Assembly (NCBI RefSeq): GCF_006345805.1
Contig: NC_043003.1
Location: 42,036,001-42,100,000 of the forward strand
Direction: 5' to 3'
Source: Octopus sinensis
Lineage: Eukaryota
DNA length: 64,000 bases
Positions 42,488 to 54,603 of the stretch are shown here, one piece after another (within the stretch, counting starts at the first letter, position 1; each line of letters starts with the position of its first letter). Under the pieces are notes generated by a model that had not been told where the DNA came from, did no database searches, and saw nothing but the letters and a program-made list of their open reading frames with translations. The position numbers were made by a program, and so were the translations under genes.

Positions 42488-42501
42488 CATTTCTCTCCCT
42501 T

Positions 42502-42532
<31 letters not shown>

Positions 42533-42627
42533 ATATTTGTATATATATATGCATATATACGTATATAGTTATACGTATATATATATATATATATGTATAT
42601 ACATATACATATATGGGTACACGACGT

Positions 42628-42800
42628 CAGGTGCAAGCATAGCTTTGTGGTGAGAAGCTTGCCACCCAACCACACAGTTCCGGGCTCAGTCCTACTGCAG
42701 GGCCCCTTGAGCTAGTGTCTTCTACTATTTATTCAAGCCGAACAAAGCCTTTTGAATGGATTTAGTAAACAGAAACTGAAAGAAACCCGTCGTATATATA
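42628..42800 (+). mobile_element. SINE family A head/body followed by (AT)n
   Basis: GTGGTGAGAAGCTTGCCACCCAACCAC...GTGTCTTCTACTAT...GAAACTGAAAGAAACCCGTCGTATA. Confidence 0.85.
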
Positions 42801-42841
42801 TATATAGGGAGAGAGAAAGACATTACACATACATAGATAGC

Positions 42842-42909
<68 letters not shown>

Positions 42910-43079
42910 TATATATATATATGTATATATATGTATATTATATATATATGTATATATATATATATTATATATATATGTATATATATAGATATATGTATAT
43001 ATATGTATATGTATATATATGTATATATATATATATATAATATATATATATATATATTATATATATATATATATATATC

Positions 43080-43112
<33 letters not shown>

Positions 43113-43422
43113 TATATGCTCACGCCGCACATGCATATATGTATGTATATACATATAAAGAATGCGCCCGTTTTAGACTATATATCGCTGTTGCTATTTA
43201 TCCCTCATTTTCCTACGCTTTCTATTCCTTTTTCACTCACTTTTTTTCTCCTTATATGCCAACTGAATACACACCCGTTTTATCCAATTAAACTTTGTTA
43301 ATGTCATGTTGTGGCATGCTTTACAAAGGATTTCGTCGACTGTTGTGTCCATATCGCGCAGTAACCACGCAAAGACATCAAATGAATGAACTAGAGTTCA
43401 CGTGTTCGTTCTCTCGTATAGT

Positions 43423-43799
43423 ATTTTCTTCTCTAGGTACAAGGCCCGAAATTTGGGGGGAGGAGGAAAGTCGATTAGATTGAACCCAGTAAACAACTGG
43501 TGCTTAATTTATCGCCCCCCGAAAGGATAAGAGGCAAAGTCGACCTTGGCGGAATTTGAACTCAGAACATAAAGACAGACGAAATACCTATTTCTTTACA
43601 ACCCACAAGGGACTAAACACAGAGAGGACACACAAGGACAGACAACCGGATTAAGTCGATTGCATCGGCCCCAGTAACTGGTACTTATTTAATCGACCCC
43701 GAAAAGATGAAAGGCAAAGCCGGCCTTGGCGGAATTTGAACTCAGAAAGAAGCGGCAGACGAAATACTGCTAAACGATTCTGCCAGCTCGCCGCCTTCA
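43423..43799 (-). mobile_element. SINE family B dimer with 14-bp TSD
   Basis: Two cores and one head; TTCTCTCGTATAGT at 43409-43422 and 43800-43813. Confidence 0.93.
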
Positions 43800-43899
43800 T
43801 TCTCTCGTATAGTGATAACGTACAGTTTACTCTCGAATAACCAGTTCACAACTTAAGAGAGGAGTAAGTTTTTTCTGATACTCTATCTTTTATTTTTTA

Positions 43900-44102
43900 A
43901 ACATCTCAGTCATAGGTGAGGGGGGGGGCACTGCCTCGAGGAATATTTAGTCGAATGAATCGATCTGGTATTTATTTTTTCGTTTTCCTTTTTTTTCCCT
44001 TTTTTCCGAACCTATAAACTATAAGCTAAAAACACGTGGACGGTCTAAAACCAATTGCCAAGCGGTAGAGGAGGACAAACACAGAAACCAAGGCACACAA
44101 GT

Positions 44103-44133
<31 letters not shown>

Positions 44134-44175
44134 CACACACATATACACACACACACATGCATATATACACACACA

Positions 44176-44243
<68 letters not shown>

Positions 44244-44405
44244 CACACACATATCACGGGTTTCTTTCAGTTTCTGGCATTGGTCCGCCGAGGGTAAAAT
44301 ATGTAGAAGACAGTTGCCCAAGGAGTAAGGTATACTCTATGCAGTGGGACTGAACCCAGAACCATGTAGTTGGGAAACAAGCTCCTTACCACACACCCAG
44401 GCCTG
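43900..44405 (-). mobile_element. SINE family A composite with internal (CA/TA)n
   Basis: Head/body 44255-44405 (TGTAGAAGACAGTTGCCCAAGG...GCAGTGGGACTGAACCCAGAACCATG); 3' module 43900-44110. Confidence 0.75.
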
Positions 44406-44817
44406 CACCTCTATCTAAATATTTCTAAAAAATGCAAGATGTTCATCATAGAAGCTTTCGAGCTCGTTACGTTGATTGACTCATTTATTTTATATACTAC
44501 AATATATTCTGATATCTGTAGCATTTTGATGATGCATCTTATATACACACATTACTTCTTTGACTTTAGATAATTTACTACAATAGTTTCCTGCTAATGG
44601 TATGTAATATTTTTAGACAAACTAATCTTAACTCTTAATCATGAAATGAAATCGAAGATAATATTTATTACACAAGTAACGTTGTATTATTCGCATGACA
44701 GTTAACCAATAAGCAATAGAACGATATCGAGGACAGAACCTATTGTAGATTCAACATCTAAATTATTTATATTATTCGTAAGACAATTCACTGCAACATA
44801 AATATTTCAATTCAGTG

Positions 44818-44888
44818 ACATACATACATACATACATACATACATACATACATACATACATACATACATACATACATACATACATACA

Positions 44889-44920
<32 letters not shown>
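44818..44920. repeat. (CATA)n microsatellite
   Basis: Directly visible. Confidence 0.95.
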
Positions 44921-44922
<2 letters not shown>

Positions 44923-46068
44923 CGTACGTACAGGGCATACGTACGTACGTGTGTGTGTGCGCGTATTCTTGTTTTTATAATCAACAGTTCAACAGAGCTG
45001 AAACCTTCTTTCCGTAAGATTACGAGTTCATTCTTGGCATATACACTTAATATACACGAAATAAAAGGTGTAATACAGTATACTATGATACGTTATATTA
45101 TCATTAACCTAGTTGTACAGGTAGAATTATTGATAAATTAAAGCTTCAATTTCGTCTAGCCGTTGAGTTACTTTGCATTTTTTGGTAAATTAAAAATATG
45201 ATAGCAGCATTATGTAACAGAGTCAATAGATGCTCTCACACACACTATGTCATTTTGTTACCGTTATTTCCTTTAATTTCCAGTATATAACATAAATTCA
45301 TCTATGTGCAAGAGATTAGATATGGTATCTCATGTATCTAACATTGAATGTCGTTAAACATCTTTGACAAAGTTGCTAGTTCCATCCACAAAAAAACTTG
45401 TGCAGTTAAAACGTTCTTCTGATGACATTATTTTGCTATTTTTGTAAATCTCATTTTCTATGATTGTATAAAATTGTCCTCAATTCCATTGAGAATTATT
45501 TCGTGATGATGCCCTATATGGAGGCTAGCGTATTGAGCAGTAATCTATAACTTATTGGATTATATTATTCTCTATACACTATACTGCAGAAGAGAAAAAA
45601 TATGGAATAATTACTGTAAAACTACGTTGATTTTAAATGGGATATGTGCTAACTAGAAGCTATACAACAATTGTTGCCCACATATATTAGAATATTTAGG
45701 AAAAGGACACGTAGAGCCTTTCATGAAATATAAATATAAATTAAGTGTAGGAAATAAAACTGAGTTTTGTTGGCACTGCAGGTCTCAAAGCACATATAAC
45801 CATCAATAATGTTATGTAAGGTTGAGGTGAAAAACCCTTACAAGCTATTATTTGTAACTGTTTGAGCTTCGATATCCACAGTTGCAAAAGTGAATTATTT
45901 AATGTTGTCTCGGAAATCTACAAATTCTTATGGCATCATCAAAAACTTTAAACGTGTTGCCAGTAGTCTGGTAATTTCATACATATCCTACAGAAACGCG
46001 CCTCAGACCACAACAGGTATATTTTTCAACAATTCTGACATGTACTATGGTATTATCTGTAGGAGGAA

Positions 46069-46654
46069 GGCGGCGAGATAGCAGAAACGTTAGCATACGG
46101 GGCGAAATGCTTAGAGGTATTTCGTCTGCCGCTACGTGCTGAGTTCAAATTCCGCCGAGGTCGATTTTGCCTTTCTTCCTTTCGGGGTCGATTAAATAAT
46201 TACCAGTTCCACACTGGGGTAGATATAATCGACTTAATCCATTTGTCTGTCCTTGTTTATCCTCTCTATGTGGGCAATAAAGAAATAAGAAACGTTAGCA
46301 CGCCGGAAGAAATGCTTAGCAGTATTTCGCCTGCCGCTACGTTTTGAGTTCAAATTCCGCCGAGGTCGACTTTGCCTTTCATCCTTTCCGGGTCGATTAA
46401 ACGCACTGGAGTTGATATAATCGACTTATTCCATTTGTCTGTCCTTGTTTGTCCCTTCTGTGTTTAGCCCCTTGTGGGTAGTAAAGAAATAGGTATTCCG
46501 TCTGTCTTTACGTTCTGAGTTCGAATTCCGCCAAGGTCGACTTTGCCTCTCATCCTTTCGGGGGGCGATAAATTAAGTACCGGTTGCGAGCTGGGTCATC
46601 TAATCGACTGGCCCTCTCATCAAAAATTTCGGGCCTGTGCCTGGAGTAGAAAAG
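46069..46654 (+). mobile_element. SINE family B trimer with 17-bp TSD
   Basis: Head AGGCGGCGAG..., three cores, tail GGGCCTGTGCCTGGAGTAGAAAAG; ATTATCTGTAGGAGGAA at 46052-46068 and 46655-46671. Confidence 0.95.
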
Positions 46655-47235
46655 ATTATCTGTAGGAGGAAATGAACAAGAATCACAAAGGTGTCTTATT
46701 TTATTGCAAATTGTCGAATCACAGTTGTAGTACTTGTTCTATTATTTCTTTCATAAGAGAAAACAAAAATATTTCGATCATACTTATACATACGAGTTTA
46801 AAGACATAACTTTCAGGGAAAATAATCTTCAATATGCAAACACTTACCACATAAATATTGTCTCTGCAATACGCTATCCAATTTGGGCGTAAAAGTACCG
46901 GCAAAATTGCCAAATCATTTAGGAGAATTTGAAAGTGTGAAATGTCCGTGTTCCTTTGTGGTGACATTATCCAATTTGTGTGTTAGAGTGATTCCAAGAA
47001 ATATAATAAAATATTCCTCGTTGGGAATTATCTCACACAATTGTTTCCAGATTGAAGCAAACTTTTTTAGCCTCAACACTAATGCTAGTTATTTGCCAAA
47101 CACCATTCTAAGTTTTACCACTTATCACCTACTTAAACACTAGAATGAACAAAAGTACAAAAATGTAAATACAAAATCGTACAGTATGTATATAAATAAA
47201 CACACATACACGTACACACATTTATTTATATATAT

Positions 47236-47291
<56 letters not shown>

Positions 47292-49339
47292 GTATGAATG
47301 TATGTGTGTATGTAGTTATGCATGTAGAACAGTATTCGGAATATGTGTGCACATATTAAATGAGTATACATATTAAATGAGTTAAAACGAGTTCATTCAA
47401 GAATTGACTGATTTGAAATGGTGACGAAAAGTAAACATGAAATAGAGGCCAATTTTCACTCTTATTCTCTGACCTCCTTATAACATCATTATATATATTT
47501 TCAAACCTTCATTAATGAACGTGTGATTTAGTCACTATTGTATTGTGTGTATATATTTCGTTATTTTCTGTTCAAATTTGTCCCATAATAATATTAGAAA
47601 AAAAAATGCTAAAAGCTTTTAAGAATTATTATTATTATTACATTATAAGAGCAAATAAAATTTGTTATTAAATTATAGATTTGTAAATCTTTGCTATATT
47701 AATACTTTCAATATTAATACTTTCGACATAATATTTTAACGAGGCAGCTCATAATATTTCTTGTTAAAGAGAGAGAAGAAATCATGAAAACAAATTTGCG
47801 AGATATTCCGATCAAGCTAACACCATTACTGCCTTGATAGTGTCCCGTTCACTTCTTATAAACACTTACCCCTTAACATAACTCTTATTCTCGTCAGAAT
47901 CTTTTATACCTTTCTCTGTCTTCCCTTCTATATTTCATTCATTCATTCAATCATTCATTCATTCTCTCTATCTATCTCTCCTTCCCTCTCTCTCTCTCCA
48001 TTCGTCTATACAGATCTACAGAAACGAGCTAACGTATTACACTCACCCATTCACTCTCAGTAGCTATACTCTGTTAGGGCCCATGTCATCTTCTGACTGG
48101 GTTTAATTTCCCCTGGCGATACTGCATCATCAATGTAGGAAGAACTACATCACATATCTGACCTCCACTCCTAATCTGGAGACATGATGTCTCTTCACTC
48201 TGTAATCTTTATCATTTCAGTCGTCTTTCTACTTTTCAGAACCCATTCTGAGTCACCTATAACAATAGATGACGAAGAAATGAGCAGAATACAAGCACGG
48301 TATATCAAAATCTCCATGACTGAGAAATATATAAGACATAAGAAACTAGAGTTGCCATGCAATGCATAGATACAAGATAACTTGAGAATTAATAGAATAC
48401 ACGCAAAACATTTTATATAATTAAAAAAAAAGCACGACTAACAAATATATACAACCTAAAGAAACTACCATAACTACACAATGCACACATGTTAAGCAAA
48501 ACATTTAAGCAAAATAAAGGAAAATACTAAACCAAAATACAAACGTTCACATATTGAAGGACCATTGCCCTTCGAAGAAAACACACAAGAGAAATATAGC
48601 TACTAAATAATGATAACAGTGAGACCTCACATTTGAGAAGAAGCGTTAATGGTTCCGATCTCAGAATTTTATTGACAACTTATTTTATCGACGACCGAGT
48701 GAGGTTGTAAAGCAAAGTGGATCTCGAGGGATTTTAACTCAAATTATAAAAGGCTAAAACTATTATCTCAAGTCTTGTTTCTAAGCTTCTAATGAATATG
48801 TATATGAACCGCTCTCCATTATGAACCTCAAAGGATTGATAAAACAAGCAAACCATCTAGCACTATGTGGGTCTAATTCATTTAAAAATATAATATAACA
48901 AAATTTAATAGCTAATACGTTCTGAACATATGAACAAGGAAATAAATTTACAAGCAATGTATTTTACGGATAATAAACTGTAAGAATAACGATTCCTTAA
49001 TTGTCTATAATAGCCTCGTAAAGGGTAGAAAGATCATGGGTACAAAACTCAGAAAACAGACTGGGTTTAACCGTGTACACAGGGTGTAATGCACAAATTA
49101 CACAGTAGCCGAGAACCTTAATACACTTAAACATTTAAAATTCCTCTGAAGGGGAAGATCTTATAAGTTTATTTGTGCAAACCTCACAAAAACTACGATC
49201 ACTTTGATTGCATGGTAAAGCATTAACGCCAATCAGTCCTCCTTGAATCTGAAGGTAAAAAGTCTGAACAGGATTGCTTACTCGGACCGTGCTCGCCATT
49301 CTCACACTGTTTTCTTTTTCCTGTGACTGCAGAAATAAA

Positions 49340-50300
49340 TTATGAGGACTTGTCTAAAGAGGAAAGTGTCTGTCAAAGCGTCTGTCTCCAGCTGTTTCAT
49401 TCCTGTCAACCCTACATCCGTTTTCACCATAACCATCAAACAAATGAAACTGCCTACTCAGTTGATAACCAAAAATGACGACGTACACGTGACGGCAACT
49501 GTCCGACTTAAACACATGAGTAAGCAATACTCAAGAACTAGACGTGTCCGTGCGGTACGGTTTCATCACTGTTCGTGCATCTCAGATAAGTACAGCTGAC
49601 TGTACTACGATGCTTACCGAATTTACTTCCGACTGTCAACACCTTCTCTGTTAGCATCGACAGTTCAGGAACTTCTAGAAATTATCTGAAGGCTCTGAAC
49701 CGAGTCATCTGGAGTAGAGCAGCCGGTTGATTTTGTTCATAGTTTCCCTTGGACACCAATACATATCTGCTCTGCACTAACCCGTCACTGAACACTAATT
49801 TCCACCGACAGCTTTGTCCAACTGATAGAGAACTGTGAGAATTTGTCAATATTCTACGTTCCAAGAAACCTTTTTAGGTTTGAACTTGACTCAGATTTAC
49901 AGATCTGCGAAAGAGATCTGGTAACAAGCGAGTATGAAAAAATTCGATCAAATCTGTTCAACATTAAGGACATTTTGAAGCATATCACAGAAGGGACGTA
50001 ACTTCTTTCTTCGACGGCCAACCAAAACACACCATGGTGAAGTGTTTCGAAAGGCCATGAACAGCTATTGAAAAATGGTGAACTGCCTGGTTTTCACTTC
50101 AATTGATAGTTTATGGGCTAGATATTCACTGTCCATGGAACGACATTCTTTTGTGTCTCAGAAAACGGACCCTAGCACTGATTATGCAGACTTCTTGTTT
50201 TGCATTGAAAAATTGGTGGAGGGCCGATATCGATATCAGCCTAACGGCTATAGTGCGTTTTCTAAGTAAAATCTCTCGGATTCTAACTCACCATGTAATC
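49340..50300 (+). mobile_element. Decayed DNA-transposon-like sequence, possible mariner remnant
   Basis: 49450-49830 is homologous to 6430-6835. Frameshifted 50130-50300 reads ...RHSF...PST...IEKLVEG/ISLTAIVRFLSKISRILTHH, reminiscent of the mariner HTH region (by eye only). Confidence 0.3.
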
Positions 50301-51919
50301 TAGTTTTCAATTTGGCAAAACACAATAATAATGACGATGATTTAGACATAGGAACATTAATTTTTGAGTGTTCAGGGCATGTGACATTTTCGAACTCAGT
50401 ACTAGACTGATCATCGTCCTCAATAGGGTGAAAGTCAAAGTTAACTCAGCGTGATTTGAACACAGATATTTTTCTGACTTTGCACCACTCCAGCACCACT
50501 ACCAACACTACCATCAACAACAACAACAACACCATCACAATAATAATAATAAAAATTAAAAAGTAATAATAGTAATAATAATAACAGCAATACATGAAGT
50601 TGCTGGGCGATATTTGCCCCCAGGAATTCAATCTTCTGGGCACAATGTCATATGAATACAGGAAACACGGAAATAATTACAAATAATTACATATGAAGAT
50701 AGTTGCTTTATTGGGGACACATTAGATTAGGTGAAGAGCATGACAACAAATAAATATATAACGTTCATGTTGTCTCCCAGGTGGAAAATGAAAATATTAC
50801 AGAAACCACACATAACGAATCAAATTAAGATATATCTAAATAAATCCATCCACCAAAACGCCCAAACAAATACTAATGAAAATATAAAGAATTTTCGTTT
50901 CAAAATTTGCTATTCAGAAACTTGTATGTTTTCACCATTCATAATACATTGATTGCATGTATTCACAAATAGCAGGTAACTTAATTTGGACTGCATTCAA
51001 ATATTTACCTGTATTCATGTATGTATGCATACATACATATGTATATCTATGCGTGTGTGTGTGTTTGTGTCCATATATATGTATCATGTATATAAATGTG
51101 TATGTATTATGTATATATATGTGTGTGTGTGTGTATATATATGTGTGTATATGTATATATATATATATATACATGCATAGATATATGTATATATATATAT
51201 GTGTGTGTGTGTGTGTCTGTATGCTTGTGTGATTGCATCTACTTAAGTATGTATGTATGGGGCGTTTCTCCATTTAAATTCGTTAACATGAATGATGTTA
51301 GAAAATATTTATATAAATTCTATGTGCCTGTATGTGTGTATGCGTATACGGTTAGGCTAAATGAATACAATTCGATAAGTATTATTTTATTGCCTAATCA
51401 GTAACTGGTGTCAACTAGAGCCGTTTGCTTTAGAAGTGCAATGATGCAGTCTCGGTTTCGATACGAATAGAAGTCAGGTAGCGCAATTTGAAACGAAATA
51501 ATTGAAGCGTTATGAATATAACTGGATAAAGAGAAAATGTGTTGAAGAAAATGTGATAAAGAGAAAATGTGTTCAAATGAAGTGAAAACCAGGCAGTTCA
51601 CCGTTCGTGCAGGAATATACGGCTTCCCATTTTTCAATAGCTGTTCATGGCCTTTCGAAACACTCCACCACGGTGTGTTTTGGTCGGCCGTCGAAGAAAG
51701 AAGTTTATCGTGTGGACTGTTCCTTGTTTCGGTGGCTTACTTAACTCTGCGACTGGTTTGGCATTTTTTGGCTGGATAAGTGACATTATGAGATAACATC
51801 AAACCATACCCGTTTCTACTTGTTTCCCCAACCAGTCGTAGCGTCTAAAAAACAGTGATAGTTGCTAGCTACCTAATTATATCAGTGAAAGGAAGCTTAT
51901 GCACGACAACTGCCCAGCC

Positions 51920-52175
51920 TTCCAGATATCAGCAGCACTTATTAATCCTTCAGCTTTTAAACCGGTCATATGAGGCACCCAAATTTTTCATCTTTTATGT
52001 TCAAGTTGACTAGATTCGGGCTCGCACACCTACCATAAAATGTCATTCAACAAATATACTGTCACGTCATTGAAATCTAAAAGTAGTGAGATAATGTATG
52101 GTTAATTCAAGCCAAGTTGAACAAATAAACATTACGCTTGACAGAATAATCCGAGTGCTGAATGGTTGAGGACCC
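51920..52175 (+). repeat. Short interspersed repeat, unclassified
   Basis: TTTAAACCGGTCATAT...TTATGTTCAAG...GAGATAATGTATGGTTAATTCAA...TTGACAGAATAATC matches an octopus repeat I recall; no second copy seen in this window. Confidence 0.35.
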
Positions 52176-52359
52176 TCAGTCACAGCGGGGCTGCTGCAAC
52201 AAGCGATTGGAGAAATTCTATTACTTCTGATAACGCTGCACCTACTGTGTGCCGGCAAAATAAACAAAATGATCAAACTATGTAAATTGTAGTTTATTCA
52301 TGTATAAAACTTACCTGAATTGGCTTACTTTAAGTATGTCACGTTATTTCCATTATTTA

Positions 52360-52405
52360 CAATCGACGTTTCGGCTGATATACCTTCCAGGCTTCATCAG
52401 GTGCC
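52360..52405 (-). ncRNA. Minimal type I hammerhead motif: core intact, stems I and II eroded
   Basis: Minus: GGCAC-CTGATGA-A-GCCTG(GAAGGTATAT)CAGCC-GAA-ACGT-C-GATTG. One C-C mismatch in stem II; stem I keeps one pair. Confidence 0.6.
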
Positions 52406-52479
52406 TTGGGGAAATTTCGAACCTGGCTTCTCATTCCTAAGGTATTTTTCGATGTTGTTGTTGTTGTTGTTATTATTAT

Positions 52480-52960
52480 TTTTTTTTTCCTTCTTTCTTG
52501 AAATTTTCTTCCATTTCTCGCCGCGTGTTTTCCGTACACCTAGGGCAGAGAAGCTCATTGTATGCACTCCCAGATTACACACGCAAATTCACAGGTAAAA
52601 TATATATTTAAAAAATTAATGAATAAATAAATTCATGAATGGATGTTGTTTTCACAGCAATAATGCTCTTCTCAGTACATGAGCCGTTCCAGTTAACACG
52701 ACTTTTTTGCACTTCCTGTTGGGAAGCCTGGTATCATTTTCAAATAGTTTCAGTACCTGTTTTTTTAATCATTCCTAGAGCTCCTACAATCACTGGTACT
52801 GTAGTCGCCTTGAGATGCCACATTTTTTTCAATTTCTATTTGCAAGTCTTTATATTTACTGATCTTGTCAAATTCTTTCGCCGCTATATTGTGATCGCAA
52901 GGAATACTCATATCAATTAATTAACACATCTTTTTTTGTCTGATCTTTTATAATAACCTC
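52480..52960 (-). mobile_element. R4/Dong-clade LINE 3' fragment with (AAT)(AAC)n tail
   Basis: Minus: IDMSIPCDHNIAAKEFDKISKYKDLQIEIEKMWHLKATTVPVIVGALGMIKK, then a UTR; tail 52455-52480. Confidence 0.93.
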
Positions 52961-54137
52961 ACTTTCATTTTATGGTTTTTAAACACCAGATTGACCTTTA
53001 TTGAGTTGATGTATAATCAAAGGTACTCCAGCAGTTCCATCCTTTGTTTTCCATATATGTGCTATATTATATCATGCGTAGTTTCCTTTTTGAAGATAGT
53101 AGAAGTATAACATGAGAGTATTTAGTTTCCATTTCCTACAGATTTAATGACCAGGTAGACGCACACATTTTTTTAGGAAATGAGATATTTATTGAAAGAC
53201 GTTTTCATAATGTTTGTAATTGAATATAAAAAACGTGACGGCTATAGAAGCTCTAATGAAATATTATTGAAGAATTATTTATCGAAGCTGAATTCTATAA
53301 TGTTAATACATAATTTAGACTGTTGTATAGAAAATGTCAACTAAGAAGAAACATTGATTGACCACTCACTTGAATGATCTTATAAATTCTATTTATATCG
53401 CTTTGTTTTCATAAAAATATTTTCGGGGAATATTTACTTTCAAGTTTTACGAGGCGAATTAGAAGAATTGCAATTATGGGGAACATTTCAGAAGAATTTA
53501 ATTTGTGAAGAGTTTTAGAAATGAAAAACGGTAATGAAATCCTACACGAGAGTAGATCTGAATAACTATTGATATCCTAGAAAATAGAGCAACAATTATA
53601 TTAATGCAACACCATCATCCGTATTCTAGTTTATGAATAGAATACACAAAATCAAAATTTTGACTGCAAATACGTGTGTGTGTGTGTGTGTGTGTGTGTG
53701 TTGTGTGTGTGTGTGTGTGTGTGTGTGTATTTGTGTGAGCGTGTGCGCGCGCGCATGAGTATAACTTATTTCGATTTTCTTTCATCTCAGATGCCATCCA
53801 GTAAACCAAGATATTCTAATTAGCTATATTTGTCCATTCCACGACTTTAAATCAAGGAATTGTTTTCTGAGCTGTTGAGAATAAAAGGTATACTTCTAGC
53901 TGGCTAGATTCATGATTAGGTTACGAAAAGTGTTACTATCATTCCGATCCAATTAAAATCCATTGGTGGCTGGGTATCTTATGAAAAAAACTCATCGATC
54001 AAGGTATTTCATTGGAGGTATTTCAGTTAGGTCTGGTGAAACAAGAAGTGCACATGCATTCGCAGGCCTCCCTTTCTTCTTACTTTCTCCATATCTTTTC
54101 CACGTGTAGTTTCTATTTTCTTTTTCAACCATATTTC

Positions 54138-54208
<71 letters not shown>

Positions 54209-54536
54209 TGTATGTATGTATATTCGCTACGATAGATGGCTAGCCACTACACGTTCTTTATGTCTCTCCTTGTTTCTTTCTGTGCTCCTTTCTGTGGAAA
54301 CTTTAAAGACTCCTTCACTTCCCGAGCGTTGAACTAATACATCTGTTTGTTGTCTACACCACCTGTCTACGTCTTTTGTTTTATTTTGTTTGTTTTGTTG
54401 TGAAGTCTCCCCCATATATATAGAACATATACTCTAATTTTTTGTATACACATTAGCGAATCGCTGAATCAACCATTAATTTGGATGAAGAAAACATATA
54501 TACTAATAGAGAAACAGGTCTAAGAAAAGCCGAGCA

Positions 54537-54603
54537 CCGAGCTGGTTTAACTGATGAGGCAACGGAAATTGCCGAAACTGACGTCAGTTTCAAGAATTCT
54601 CGG
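54537..54603 (+). ncRNA. Type I hammerhead ribozyme with complete catalytic core
   Basis: CCGAG-CTGG-TTTAA | CTGATGA (54551-57) | GGCAA-CGGAAA-TTGCC | GAA | ACTG-ACGT-CAGT | T (H17, 54589) | TCAAG-AATT-CTCGG. Confidence 0.8.

Noticed and set aside
46069-46160. tRNA gene calls from SINE heads (GAGTTCAAATTCC / GTTCGAATTCC B-box-like)
   Set aside because: They are heads of multi-copy SINEs continuing into SINE body and tail; no complete cloverleaf seen.
39418-46654. CRISPR-like reading of the regularly repeated ~180-bp units
   Set aside because: The units are whole SINE monomers with no unique spacers, in eukaryotic DNA with no cas genes.
49332-49480. Acceptor plus Cys-containing frame INYEDLSKEESVCQSVCLQLFHSCQP
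   Set aside because: It runs into the dispersed repeat shared with 6430-6835, has no donor, and is phase-incompatible with the 48299 donor.
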